Virus record (IMG/VR): IMGVR_UViG_3300029417_000071
Origin: a virus
Taxonomy: Duplodnaviria; Heunggongvirae; Uroviricota; Caudoviricetes
Strand: one strand, 5' to 3'
Length of the DNA stretch: 22,529 nucleotides
Positions 1 through 9,266 of the stretch are shown here, in pieces. Numbering within the stretch: position 1 is the first letter of the stretch; each line of letters starts with the position of its first letter. The notes beneath the pieces are model-generated. The model was not told the origin of the DNA. It searched no databases and was given only the letters and a program-made list of their open reading frames with translations. A program made the position numbers and the translations under genes.

Positions 1-2608
1 ACAGCACAGAAGAGGTGAAGGATTTGAAATTGAGTTTGCCGGTAGTGACAAAAGTTGCCAGGCCATTTCCCATGTTGCTGAAGGCTGACGAGAACACCTG
101 TTCTGCTGTTCCTGCCGTATTATCTGCATCCACGGTAAAATCCTGAAATGCACGCAGGACTCCGTTTTTCCAGTTACCCTGCACAACTTCAAGCTGTTGC
201 CAGTAACGGCGATTCTCATTCAGTTGTCGGTTCAGGCTCTCCGTCAGCGCCTGCTCGGCCTTTCTGTAGTCATCCGTGTTATATGTTCCTTTCTGCTCAC
301 TATCCCGCCTCAACTGCTCCAGCTGTTGCTGGTATTTCTGGCGAAGACTCAGTTGTACCTGATATCGCTGCCGCTGCTGATCACCCATACCCACCGTGGC
401 GATATCCAGGTCATGTTGCTGACGCTGAGCGCGCTCTTCTTCAGCCAGTTGACTGGTCAGCTGAATTGTTTTTTTCTTCAGCTCGTTGAGTGCCGTCTGT
501 TTCTGAAGCTCCTGCTGTTTTACATCCAGCAGCGTCAGTGCCTGAATCAGTTCATCTTTACGGGCCAGCACACTCTTTTCATCTGCCGTCAGTTTTTTCC
601 CGTCCAGGTCGCTGATGCGCTGCTGCAGAGCCAGAAGCTGTTTATGCGCTTCTGTCATCCTTTCCGTGGCAATGCCTGCTGACTGTCTGGCAGCAGCAAT
701 CTGTCCTTCCACCTGTGCCTGTTGCTGACTGTACTGCAGCAATAACCGGGTGGCCTCATCATTACGGGGTTCGCGTGTTTTTTTCTTACCGGATGCCAGG
801 GCTTTCTCGTAACGTTCATTTTCACGTTGTATCGCTGCATCCCTGACAGCCTGATCGGCGTACTGCATGGAATTAATACGCGCAATTTCACGCTGATGTC
901 GTGCTGCTTCCGTTTCATTCATCCGGTTCAGTGCAGCATTTTCAGCATTACGTCGTTTCTGTTGCTCCTGATAATTCCGCTCTGCCTGCTCTTTTGCATC
1001 CTGCAAATCCTTCTGGCGTTTTTTCTCCTGAAGATCGTTAAGACGCTGCTGATCGTATTCAACCTGAGAAGATGATGCCGTCCAGGGGAGTCTTTTCGCC
1101 CGCGACACTTTCTCCTGTAAAGCGGCAATCTGTTCATCCAGCGAGTCTTCACGACCAATATTCATGGCCGCATCCCAGAAACGACTCCACAAATCAGACA
1201 GATACTTCAGCGTACTGCCAAGCGCATTGAGGTTATTATCAATATCCGCAGTACGCCGACCGGTTTCCTCTGCCAGTGCAGACATGGCTATCCGTGCAGC
1301 ATCACTGGACCGTCCCTGATCCCCAAGGACACGTATCTGCTCAAGCTGAGTGGCAGTAAGAAAATGCAGCTCATTGTCCAGAGCCTTCGCGGCATTTACA
1401 GGATCATCCTTCAGCCGCTTAAACTGATTTATGGTATCGCTGACCGACTGGCCAACCGATCGCTCCATCTGTGCGGCAGCTCTCGCCACCATACCGATAT
1501 CGTTTCCACGAAATGCACCACTCCCCACCACCTGAGCCAGCGCACCGGCTGCAGCATGTTGCGTGATACCATTCCCGGAAATAGCACGACTGAGCGTCCA
1601 CAGCTGCCCGGCAGTGACTCCGGCATAATGCCCCGTCAGCGACAACTGGCGGTTAAATTCTTCCCCCTCCTTCTGACCGTCATACCAGGCTTTACCCAGA
1701 CCATAGACGGACGCGGCAATACCGCCAATAACCCCGCCAAGCATCATGCCTTTCGGTGACATCAGAGTGTCTATCCATCCGGCACGGTTAGCCAGCGTTA
1801 TCCCGGATCCCCTCAGCGCCCCTAAATTGCCGCGGGCCAGTTCACCTATCAGAACGCCAATCTCCTGGCGGGCCGCTGCACTTTTCAGACCCAGCGAATG
1901 CGTGGCTTTTCCTGCCTGCTCCATTTTGCGGATATACACTTCTGCAGCACTGCTTACCCCCAGCTGGGCAGCCTTAGCACGAAGCAACTCAGAAGAAGAA
2001 AGATTCTGGCGGGTTGCCTGCTCTTTAAGCTGACGGATAAACGCCACTTTCTGTCGGGTAGCCTCTTCCTCAGCCTGCGTAAGAACACGGGTTTTCGCCG
2101 TAACCTCAGAAATCAGCGCCAGATAATCCTGCTGACCAATCCCGCCACTGTTTCTGGCCTGTCGGATCTGCTGCTGAATACGCTGTAATTCCTGCAGCCC
2201 CGCACTGGCCTGTTTCACACTGTCAATCTGACGATAAAACGCGGCAGCCGCTTTATCCTGAGCCTCCGCCAGAGCCATGGCCTGCGCCTGTTCCTCGCGC
2301 ATTTTCTGGCTCAGTGCCTCCATACGCTGGCGGGTTTGCTCCACCTCGCGGGCCATGCGTTCATGAGCCTGTGCGCTCTTCTCCACCGTCTGCGCATGGA
2401 CGGATGCGGCTGTTGCAGCCGAAGAAGCCGCCTGCATTGTCTGCCGGGCGGCCTGAGTCTGACGCTCCATAAAACGCTGCATACGGGCAGAAGACCGTTC
2501 TGCATCGCTGGCTGCACCATTCAGAAGGTTTTTGATACGGGGAATTTCATTTTTAAACTCTGCCGCATCAATCCCCAAATCAATGACCAGGTTGGCTATC
2601 TGGTCCAT
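1..2608 (-). CDS. tail tape measure protein (lambda gpH-like); partial, 3' end beyond the left window edge
   Basis: Minus-strand frame is open from ATG at 2608 (SD GGAGGTG about 7 nt upstream) to position 1; no track ORF has a stop in this frame. My translation starts MDQIANLVIDLGIDAAEFKNE and is Ala/Gln/Glu/Arg-rich and coiled-coil-like. It sits immediately after G/G-T as in lambda. Confidence 0.85.
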   Translation of the reverse strand, partial: MDQIANLVIDLGIDAAEFKNEIPRIKNLLNGAASDAERSSARMQRFMERQTQAARQTMQAASSAATAASVHAQTVEKSAQAHERMAREVEQTRQRMEALSQKMREEQAQAMALAEAQDKAAAAFYRQIDSVKQASAGLQELQRIQQQIRQARNSGGIGQQDYLALISEVTAKTRVLTQAEEEATRQKVAFIRQLKEQATRQNLSSSELLRAKAAQLGVSSAAEVYIRKMEQAGKATHSLGLKSAAARQEIGVLIGELARGNLGALRGSGITLANRAGWIDTLMSPKGMMLGGVIGGIAASVYGLGKAWYDGQKEGEEFNRQLSLTGHYAGVTAGQLWTLSRAISGNGITQHAAAGALAQVVGSGAFRGNDIGMVARAAAQMERSVGQSVSDTINQFKRLKDDPVNAAKALDNELHFLTATQLEQIRVLGDQGRSSDAARIAMSALAEETGRRTADIDNNLNALGSTLKYLSDLWSRFWDAAMNIGREDSLDEQIAALQEKVSRAKRLPWTASSSQVEYDQQRLNDLQEKKRQKDLQDAKEQAERNYQEQQKRRNAENAALNRMNETEAARHQREIARINSMQYADQAVRDAAIQRENERYEKALASGKKKTREPRNDEATRLLLQYSQQQAQVEGQIAAARQSAGIATERMTEAHKQLLALQQRISDLDGKKLTADEKSVLARKDELIQALTLLDVKQQELQKQTALNELKKKTIQLTSQLAEEERAQRQQHDLDIATVGMGDQQRQRYQVQLSLRQKYQQQLEQLRRDSEQKGTYNTDDYRKAEQALTESLNRQLNENRRYWQQLEVVQGNWKNGVLRAFQDFTVDADNTAGTAEQVFSSAFSNMGNGLATFVTTGKLNFKSFTSSVL

Positions 2609-2942
2609 AACGCACACCTCCGGAAATACCTTCCCCAAGATGCATCAGTTCTTCGTCCGTTCGCTCCGGTATCCCGTTCTCTTCCGGTAAAAGGCTGAAA
2701 TCAGCCACCGCAGCATCACTGCTACCGGACACCATTCTCACGATCAATGCCTTCAGCGAGGCAAACTGCGCATCCATCCACACATCACTGAAGCTCTGCA
2801 TCCGGAAATAATCGCCCCACTCACCAAGCTCAGTGGCCGACATTTCCGACAGCATCCGCCGCCAGTCTGCCCGCCGGAACTCCCGGGCAAGCCGCATGAC
2901 AAACTGCATTTCCCGCGTCAGGACTTTTCCGGCGTCAGCACC
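2580..2942 (-). CDS. tail assembly chaperone T frame, expressed as a G-T fusion by -1 frameshift
   Basis: Track ORF 2580..2909 lies in the -1 frame relative to G; that frame is open upstream to about 2942, overlaps the G 3' end, and ends 28 nt inside the TMP start. This is the classical G/GT arrangement upstream of the tape measure gene. Confidence 0.7.
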   Translation of the reverse strand, partial: GADAGKVLTREMQFVMRLAREFRRADWRRMLSEMSATELGEWGDYFRMQSFSDVWMDAQFASLKALIVRMVSGSSDAAVADFSLLPEENGIPERTDEELMHLGEGISGGVRYGPDSQPGH

Positions 2943-3304
2943 TCATGCTCCAAATCCCCGGCATTCTCAATGACTCCCATACCGCTCAGCGACAGAACCA
3001 TCTCCGCCCCCGCTCCCAGGGCATCATACGACCATGTTGTAATAACGGATGCGCAAAGCGTCTCAACATCCTGAGACTGTTCCGCATTCCACAGTGAGCG
3101 GGAAACCAGCCAGGCATTGATATCCATCCCCATCCGCAGAAAAGCAATCTGTCGTTCAGCCTCCGGCAGTTCTCCCTCTTCGGCATCAAACTTTGCCGTT
3201 CGCTGCTGAACAAACGCCAGATATTCAATTCTCTGCAGCCCGGACAGCTCACTGAGCACCACGGACTGCTTTTCATAATTAAACGTGCCCTGTTTCAGAA
3301 ACAT
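2918..3304 (-). CDS. tail assembly chaperone G (lambda gpG-like)
   Basis: Track ORF 2918..3346; internal start MFLKQGTFNYEKQSVVLSELSGLQRIEYL resembles the lambda gpG N-terminus as I recall it (MFLKTESFEHNGVTVTLSELSALQRIEHL). SD GGTGGAG upstream of the tandem ATGs at 3307/3304. Confidence 0.8.
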   Translation of the reverse strand: MFLKQGTFNYEKQSVVLSELSGLQRIEYLAFVQQRTAKFDAEEGELPEAERQIAFLRMGMDINAWLVSRSLWNAEQSQDVETLCASVITTWSYDALGAGAEMVLSLSGMGVIENAGDLEHEVLTPEKS

Positions 3305-3318
3305 CATGTTCTCCACCT

Positions 3319-3346
3319 GCAAAAAAGCCCCGGATAACCGGGGCAA
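3319..3346 (-). terminator. putative intrinsic terminator or attenuator between major tail gene V and G
   Basis: Minus strand reads GCCCCGG ttat CCGGGGC followed by TTTTTT (plus 3321-3344), located between the V stop (3365) and the G start. Confidence 0.5.
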
Positions 3347-3364
3347 ATGATGAGTATCGTCCTG

Positions 3365-4108
3365 TTAACCTGCGGCGCTGACAGCCACCGCAGCCACTGC
3401 CACAAAATCGCCGTCAGAAGTCATGCCCACAATGCTGACACTGCCCTGCTTCACGCCTTTCACCGTGGCCACAAGCCCGTTCAGGGTCACCGTGGCAGTC
3501 TGTGGATCTGTCGAATGCACACTGATCGCTTTGTCACTGGCTCCGTCAGGTTTTACTGTAAAGGTCAGCGTGGTGGTTGCTCCCACTTTTACACTGGCAG
3601 ATGCCGGTGCCACCGTCAGCCCGGTAACGCTCACTGTTTCAGTGCCTTCCTCTGCCAGATACGGACGCCCCACACCGCTGATTTTCACTGTGCGGGTCAT
3701 CACGTCTTTTGAGGCAATGGTTTTACCCAGTGAGCTCAGCCAGCCACGGAAAACATCAACAGTGCCGTTGGGATATTTGATACGAAACGCGCAGACTTCA
3801 CCGGAGTCGAACAACTGAACCAGTTTTTTCTGCCCGCTGTCACCCGGACGCCAGGCCAGCGTCGCCGAAGTATCACCGACGGATTTCTGCCCCTGGGTTG
3901 TCGTTTTCCAGTCTGCATCTTCATCATCGAGATAAGTGTCATCTTCTGCATCAGCGGTCATTTCGCCAGGTTGCAGATCCTTCACCATCGCAAGACGCAG
4001 CCAGTCAGTGTCCGATAAAGGGTTCGCAAACGCATCGCCCTTGCCGGTGTACATCCAGAACGTCGTTCCCGCACCTTTCGTTTTTGCCAGTGGATTTGGT
4101 GTGGTCAT
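3365..4108 (-). CDS. major tail protein (lambda gpV-like) with C-terminal Ig-like domain
   Basis: Track ORF 3365..4114 starts at GTG; ATG at 4108 has SD AAGGAGGTG. MTTPNPLAKTKGAGTTFWMY...YLDDEDADW...YPNGTVDVFRGW matches the lambda V pattern [20 protein letters not shown]...YLDDEDADW...FPNGTVDVFRGW as I recall it. Confidence 0.9.
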   Translation of the reverse strand: MTTPNPLAKTKGAGTTFWMYTGKGDAFANPLSDTDWLRLAMVKDLQPGEMTADAEDDTYLDDEDADWKTTTQGQKSVGDTSATLAWRPGDSGQKKLVQLFDSGEVCAFRIKYPNGTVDVFRGWLSSLGKTIASKDVMTRTVKISGVGRPYLAEEGTETVSVTGLTVAPASASVKVGATTTLTFTVKPDGASDKAISVHSTDPQTATVTLNGLVATVKGVKQGSVSIVGMTSDGDFVAVAAVAVSAAG

Positions 4109-4119
4109 TGCCACCTCCT

Positions 4120-4521
4120 TTAATTCGTGTACGTGATCTGGTACGTGATTTCCGCCATCGCCCAGGTGGCCATCTCATTATCACGTTGATAGTTAAAACC
4201 GAGAGGGATCAGGGTGTCGATGAGTCCGGAAAGTGCCGGTATATCATTCAGGGCCGGGAAAATGGTGCTCTCCATCCACATATCCAGCTCTGAATCCGGT
4301 GCCTGTGCCCGGATGAAGACAGCAATATGCAGAACAGCCTGCCAGTCATCTTCATCCGTCATTTTTCCGGTGTACTGAGCATCACTCAGCCACACCGCCA
4401 CGGCAGGCAGTTCCTGCGCATCAATAAATGCCGGAAGCCCGTCAAAAAACGTGGCGCTGTCTCCACACTGTTCCCGAAGGCGTGCCAGTACGGCCTGGCG
4501 GATTTGTGTATGTCGGTTCAT
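4120..4521 (-). CDS. tail terminator protein (lambda gpU-like)
   Basis: Track ORF 4120..4533. The ATG at 4521 overlaps the Z stop (ATGA). Motifs ATFFDG, PAVAVWL, PDSELD.WMES and IPALS.LI parallel lambda U. Confidence 0.85.
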   Translation of the reverse strand: MNRHTQIRQAVLARLREQCGDSATFFDGLPAFIDAQELPAVAVWLSDAQYTGKMTDEDDWQAVLHIAVFIRAQAPDSELDMWMESTIFPALNDIPALSGLIDTLIPLGFNYQRDNEMATWAMAEITYQITYTN

Positions 4522-5096
4522 CGGGTCAGCCATAACCTCAGTTGTTGTTTCAGTGCATACCCCAGCTGTTTCGGCATTTCCGCAGCAATAATGCGGTCGC
4601 GGGCATCTTCAAATGCCTGTGTCAGCGGTCCGGACAGCGGGACTTTCACCACATCAATGGGGTAACGATTTTTGCCATCAATACGCCGCATCACATGCCA
4701 GCGACCATTCGCCAGTTGCTGAATAAACGCATCCCGGAAAAGATATTTACCCACCTTCAGCACACTGCCACGGTACTGCAGTTTTCCACCACGCCGGGCC
4801 AGTCTGACCCGGGCTGTCCCCAGCTTAATAGCGGGCAGATTGCCCCGGTTAACGCGGATCCTGGCCGTCATTTTTCCTGACGGACTGGCTTTAAACACCC
4901 GGACACGCTGACGTACCAGTTTCAGGGGGATCCCTTTCACCTGGTTATCTCCCGCAACGGTATTCCCGGCAACCTGCCGGGTGGCGACCGAGACCGCTTT
5001 CTGTGCCACACGGTTTATCGCCCATGCGCTGGCCTGTGGCACCATACGGGTATCAAGGCTGTTCAGATTACGGATGGCATTCTCAAGCCCCTTCAT
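4518..5096 (-). CDS. tail completion protein (lambda gpZ-like)
   Basis: 192 aa ORF between the FII-like gene and U; SD AAAGAGGTG upstream; the size and position match lambda Z. Confidence 0.7.
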   Translation of the reverse strand: MKGLENAIRNLNSLDTRMVPQASAWAINRVAQKAVSVATRQVAGNTVAGDNQVKGIPLKLVRQRVRVFKASPSGKMTARIRVNRGNLPAIKLGTARVRLARRGGKLQYRGSVLKVGKYLFRDAFIQQLANGRWHVMRRIDGKNRYPIDVVKVPLSGPLTQAFEDARDRIIAAEMPKQLGYALKQQLRLWLTR

Positions 5097-5107
5097 CCCA
5101 CACCTCT

Positions 5108-5383
5108 TTACTCAATAAAGATCATTGGCTTACCGTTAAAACGTTCATGCCGTGTGACCGTCCATTGTTGTCCGTCATAAACAACGCGATCCCCGCGCCG
5201 TGGGCGGTATCCCGAAGAAAACACCACCAGAGAGACCGCAGGTCCGGACAGAGCATTCAGCTCTGCCAGTGTTTCTCCCGGGATCACAGTCATATCGACA
5301 TCATTAATCGAGGCTGTCTTTCCCATCTTTCTGACCGTGATAGCATCCATACGCGCTGCCAGCCGGGAAAAGGGATCAGACAT
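5108..5383 (-). CDS. head-tail joining protein (lambda FII-like)
   Basis: 91 aa; C-terminal PRRGDRVVYDGQQWTVTRH resembles lambda FII LRRGDTLTIGEENFWVDRV; located between the capsid genes and Z. Confidence 0.6.
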   Translation of the reverse strand: MSDPFSRLAARMDAITVRKMGKTASINDVDMTVIPGETLAELNALSGPAVSLVVFSSGYRPRRGDRVVYDGQQWTVTRHERFNGKPMIFIE

Positions 5384-5699
5384 TGAGTTTTACCGGCACT
5401 TCTTCTGCACTGGTTCCGGCATCTGCCCAGACAACCCCGACCAGCGGATCAGAGCCGCTGTTAGTCAGCTGAACTTTTCCGGACTTCAGATAAACCTTCT
5501 TACCCGTTTTCATGTCATCCGTTTTCAGCTTAGGCAGCATAAACACACCTTCGGTCATGCCGTCGCCTGTTTCACCCTGTGGAATATCGGTCAGCGCCAC
5601 CGCAAAAACATCGCCCACCTGCACCAGATCTCCGCTGCTGATGGCTGCACTGGCAACAATCGCCACCGTTTTTCCTTCTTCTACAAAATTCTTTGCCAT
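5376..5699 (-). CDS. DUF2190-like small head protein (capsid cement/decoration candidate)
   Basis: Track ORF 5376..5744; ATG at 5699 with SD GGAGA; 107 aa, Gly/Val-rich; immediately downstream of the capsid gene; overlaps the FII-like start (ATGTCTGA). Confidence 0.55.
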   Translation of the reverse strand: MAKNFVEEGKTVAIVASAAISSGDLVQVGDVFAVALTDIPQGETGDGMTEGVFMLPKLKTDDMKTGKKVYLKSGKVQLTNSGSDPLVGVVWADAGTSAEEVPVKLNV

Positions 5700-5740
5700 A
5701 ACTGTCTCCGCACAGCCCCGTTCAGGGGCTGATTTCAGGT

Positions 5741-5763
5741 ACAAAAAAAGCCCTTACGGGCCA
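5741..5763 (-). terminator. putative attenuator stem-loop with T-run after the capsid gene
   Basis: Minus strand has a short GC stem (GCCC gtaa GGGC) followed by TTTTTTT just after the capsid stop (5786); a second 6-bp stem AGCCCC/GGGGCT lies at about 5714-5730. Confidence 0.35.
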
Positions 5764-5785
5764 TCAGAGTTGTTGTCTGCGACGT

Positions 5786-7744
5786 TTACGCCGTACATTT
5801 CACCAGACCGCGGTGATCAACTGGCGCGACACCGGCGTCAATACGCACTTTCGTTGTCACGCCATCCACACTGAAGCCCTCCATCTGATCAATATATGGC
5901 GTATCCACACCGTTGAGATAAGCCACTTCAATCGTATCGGAGCCTTTTGACGCAGCCAGGTAGAAGGTGGTCTGGCTGTTATCATCAAGACGAGGCTCTG
6001 CAATAACGGTCGCAAAATCTTTCACCGGGTTAATAATACCGGCGTTAATGTCAGCCCCCTTGACACTTGAGGAGCGAATGACCTGGTTAGCAACAGACTC
6101 CATCGCCGTCGGTACCAGTACGAACGCAGGACGAATATTCAGATGACGCTCCCCCTCTTTCTGAACGCGCATCAACTGGCGGGCTTTATCCAGCGATGCC
6201 ACGTCCATTGCAGCGCTCTCCAGTACGTTTGCATGTTTCGCTTTATCGAACAGACTTACATTATCTGTGGAGATTTTCGGGTTAGACGTCAGAATGGCAT
6301 AAACCAGATCGGCAATAGTGGATTTCGCCGCACGGCCCAGTTTCATCGGGACATCGGTCAGCATATTCAGATCATCATTGATAATGGCCTGACGGGTGAT
6401 ACTGAACAGCTCGCCATAGGTCGCCAGTGCAATAGTGGCCTGTTTATCTCCGGTGGTGACGTATTTATATTCCGCCCCTTCACGCACCTGACGTAGAGCA
6501 CTGAAGCCCCCCATACCCACACGATGGGCAATTTTAAAATCAGACAACTGACCTTTCCGCGTCCACTGTTCATAGGTTTCAGGGGCATCTTCCCAGCCCT
6601 GCAGAATGGCTTTGTTCGCAACATCCAGCAGAATATTACCGAAGTCAGACGTACTGTGTGTGAACGCCGCACCGACCATCTGCATCGGGTTATAACCGGA
6701 AACCCCAATACCCCGTTCAGTTAGTGACATACGGGCATATTCACGCAGGGTCATCCCGTTGTAGACATTATCACGTTCGGTTTTTTCAAATCCGGCACGC
6801 GCCATCAGCGCCTGGCGAATCCCGTCCCCCACAAAATTACCGTTACCGGCATAAATATGAGCCGGGGTATTTTTATTGGATGGCGTGGACTCGCGCCCCA
6901 TCTCGTTCAACAGCTTTTCACGGGCCTGCTCCAGCGAACATTCAGGATCGGCAAGACACTGGGCCTGCAGCGTCTGATAACGCCCGCCAAACATGGCAAA
7001 CAGATCATTAATACCGTTTACACGCGCTTTTTGCTCTGCCAGTACCTGCGCACGGATACTGTTTTCATCCACCACGGGTGCTGCTGCCTGCACTGGCGTC
7101 CGGGAGGCTGCAGGTTCATCATCCTGTACGCGTGGAGCACTGTTGCGTGGCGGAGTAATCATGTTTCGAATGGATTCCGGCATCTTTTTAAATTCCTCTG
7201 TACGTTTTGACTGAATACATGCCATTGCCTTAACGGCTGGTGTCACCTGATCAGCAAATCCCTGTGCCAGACATTCGGCACCGGACATCCAGGTCTCATC
7301 CGCCAGCATGGCAGCAATTTCATCGGTGGTTTTCCCGGTTTTCTGTGCATAAGCGGGTAACAGAACCGCCTCAACTTTATCGAGCAGGTCGGCATAGGTG
7401 CGCATGTCCTCCGCATCACCGCCCGTAAAGCCAAATGGTTTATGAATCATCATGAAGGAGTTTTCCGGCATAATGACCGGGTTTCCCACCATCGCAATGA
7501 CCGACGCCATTGACGCCGCCACACCGTCGACATAAACGGTAATGGACGCACCATGTGTTTTCAGTGCATTAAAAATGGCGATGCCTTCAAAGACATCGCC
7601 ACCCGGTGAATTAATATGGAGATTAATGTGGGTGATATCGCCCAGTGCATTCAGATCACTGATAAACTGCTTCGCTGTAACACCCCAGAAACCAATCTCG
7701 TCATAAATATAAATATCCGCGTCACTCTGGTGACCTGCCTGCAT
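5786..7744 (-). CDS. prohead protease (ClpP/S49-like) fused to scaffold and major capsid protein
   Basis: Track ORF 5786..8005 (739 aa), but the first 87 codons overlap the portal 3' end. The ATG at 7744 (MQAGHQSDADIYIYDEIGFWG) lies 13 nt after the portal stop. N-terminal block INSPGGDVFEGIAIFNAL...ASMASVIAM is ClpP-like; a Pro/Ala/Gln-rich linker follows, then a roughly 400 aa capsid-like domain. Confidence 0.8.
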   Translation of the reverse strand: MQAGHQSDADIYIYDEIGFWGVTAKQFISDLNALGDITHINLHINSPGGDVFEGIAIFNALKTHGASITVYVDGVAASMASVIAMVGNPVIMPENSFMMIHKPFGFTGGDAEDMRTYADLLDKVEAVLLPAYAQKTGKTTDEIAAMLADETWMSGAECLAQGFADQVTPAVKAMACIQSKRTEEFKKMPESIRNMITPPRNSAPRVQDDEPAASRTPVQAAAPVVDENSIRAQVLAEQKARVNGINDLFAMFGGRYQTLQAQCLADPECSLEQAREKLLNEMGRESTPSNKNTPAHIYAGNGNFVGDGIRQALMARAGFEKTERDNVYNGMTLREYARMSLTERGIGVSGYNPMQMVGAAFTHSTSDFGNILLDVANKAILQGWEDAPETYEQWTRKGQLSDFKIAHRVGMGGFSALRQVREGAEYKYVTTGDKQATIALATYGELFSITRQAIINDDLNMLTDVPMKLGRAAKSTIADLVYAILTSNPKISTDNVSLFDKAKHANVLESAAMDVASLDKARQLMRVQKEGERHLNIRPAFVLVPTAMESVANQVIRSSSVKGADINAGIINPVKDFATVIAEPRLDDNSQTTFYLAASKGSDTIEVAYLNGVDTPYIDQMEGFSVDGVTTKVRIDAGVAPVDHRGLVKCTA

Positions 7745-7757
7745 CCTGAACCAGGAA

Positions 7758-9266
7758 TTATTCTTCGGACTGGTCGTCGGTGTGCTGCGGCTCCTGTCGT
7801 TTCGTTGCGGCACTGCTGCCTCCTTTATCACTGGCCGGATCGGTATCAAATACCAGATCCAGCTTGCGGTTTTCATCAATTTCGGCCTTGCGCCGACGTT
7901 TGACATCATCCGGATTACGACCACCTGCACGTACCCAGTCTGATTCTGTCGCCGCTCCACCACGAATCTGAATTTTCCAGGCCTCAGCCTCCTTAACAGG
8001 GTCAATCCACGGCATCACCGGTCCGGAATACACCGCGGTATACAGTGAAGAACGATCAAGATCGCGGGGTAGCCTGATAACACCGGATGCCACAGCCTGT
8101 TTCAGCCAGGCACGATACATCGGGCGGGTGACGGCACCAATAAACCAGTCCTGCAGGATCAGGTAGCCATCAGTGGATTCAACCAGCTCCTGACGCTGGG
8201 CGCTGTAAGTGCCGTTATAGTTGCGTGCCGTACTGGAAAAACTCAGACGACTGCCCGCCGCCACGGCACGCAACTGACCATTACGAAAAGTTTCAAGGTT
8301 AGGATTGGGACGATCCGACTTCACCATTCCGATTTCTTCGCCGGGTTTCAGATCGTCGTAAATAATGCCTGGCTGAATGGTAAGCTCGCGTTCATTCTCC
8401 TTGCTGCCATTACCATCCGGTTCATAGCTCTGCCCGTCGCCTTTCCGGATGTACATCCCCAGAGCAGCGGCGATCCTTGCTGCAGTCAGCTCAGAATCTT
8501 CATACTCTTTCAGGGCACTGAGGCGGATCAGCACACCGGACAACAAAGACGTCCCGCGCATCTGGTGCAGACGGCGAACAAATTTAAGATGCAGCATTCG
8601 CTCTGCATCCACTTCTTTGGTTTCCATCTGCCGCCCGGATACGGGACGGCTTTTATACACCAGATATTTTTCGGGACGCCCCCAGTCATCAACAAACACG
8701 CCCTGATTCAGCCTGTTGCTCTCATCACTGGTCATGGGAATAAAGTCCGGCTCGAGCGCCTCCAGCCAGAAATGAACACCGGCAGAAGGCGTCAGGCTGT
8801 TTATGCGCCCGGAAACCATCTGGGCAAACACCTCACCATCGCGCAGCCAGGTACGCAGCATCAGACGTTCCAGCATCGGACGGGTAAACTGCCCGGTGAC
8901 TTCCGGACTGACAGACCATTCACTCCATCGGGTGCGTATCTCCGCTGCCAGATCACGGGCAATGGCCCCATTGCGTAATACCGGATGTGGCTCGACAATA
9001 ATCCCGTTTTTCCCCACCACCCGTTCTTCCAGCTTGTCAAATACACCAATAACCAGATCGTGGTTGTTATCAAGGTAACGGGCCTGCTCACGTAACGACA
9101 CGGCCCCGTACTGGCTTAACTGGTCGGCAGTTCGGTTTTCCCGCCGGGCTTTGTGTGTCCGTGTCGTTTTTACGGCCTCATAAGCCTGGATCACCGCACG
9201 GGAACGCAGCCTTGCCGCTTTCCATCCTGGTGAAAAAACGCCAATCACATCATCAAGAATTGCCAT
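7758..9266 (-). CDS. portal protein (lambda gpB family)
   Basis: Track ORF 7758..9338; Met25 at 9266 (MAILDDVIGVF) overlaps the W stop (TGATG). About 500 aa, between W and the protease-capsid gene; acidic C-terminus. Confidence 0.85.
   Translation of the reverse strand: MAILDDVIGVFSPGWKAARLRSRAVIQAYEAVKTTRTHKARRENRTADQLSQYGAVSLREQARYLDNNHDLVIGVFDKLEERVVGKNGIIVEPHPVLRNGAIARDLAAEIRTRWSEWSVSPEVTGQFTRPMLERLMLRTWLRDGEVFAQMVSGRINSLTPSAGVHFWLEALEPDFIPMTSDESNRLNQGVFVDDWGRPEKYLVYKSRPVSGRQMETKEVDAERMLHLKFVRRLHQMRGTSLLSGVLIRLSALKEYEDSELTAARIAAALGMYIRKGDGQSYEPDGNGSKENERELTIQPGIIYDDLKPGEEIGMVKSDRPNPNLETFRNGQLRAVAAGSRLSFSSTARNYNGTYSAQRQELVESTDGYLILQDWFIGAVTRPMYRAWLKQAVASGVIRLPRDLDRSSLYTAVYSGPVMPWIDPVKEAEAWKIQIRGGAATESDWVRAGGRNPDDVKRRRKAEIDENRKLDLVFDTDPASDKGGSSAATKRQEPQHTDDQSEE

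Noticed and set aside
655-1626. Minus-strand ORFs in alternate frames inside the tape measure gene (655..918, 928..1158, 1419..1626)
   Set aside because: Out of frame with the continuous TMP reading frame; Arg-rich or odd composition typical of off-frame translation of GC-rich coding DNA.
148-2188. Several plus-strand ORFs (148..489, 197..682, 827..1075, 1364..1759, 1746..2033, 1898..2188)
   Set aside because: They lie antisense to the long open tape-measure frame; low-complexity translations with no SD context; shadow ORFs.
2986-3276. 96 aa minus ORF inside G
   Set aside because: Alternate frame of the gpG-like gene; Cys/Arg/Trp-rich nonsense composition.
3347-4293. Plus-strand ORFs antisense to V and U (3347..3712, 3423..3818, 3898..4293, 3936..4136)
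   Set aside because: Antisense to well-supported tail genes; no independent signals.
6143-7214. Plus-strand ORFs antisense to the protease-capsid gene
   Set aside because: Shadow ORFs opposite a strongly supported CDS.
7744-8005. N-terminal 87 codons of the 739 aa track ORF
   Set aside because: They overlap the portal gene 3' end in another frame; the ATG at 7744 just after the portal stop is the more plausible start, so the extension was trimmed.
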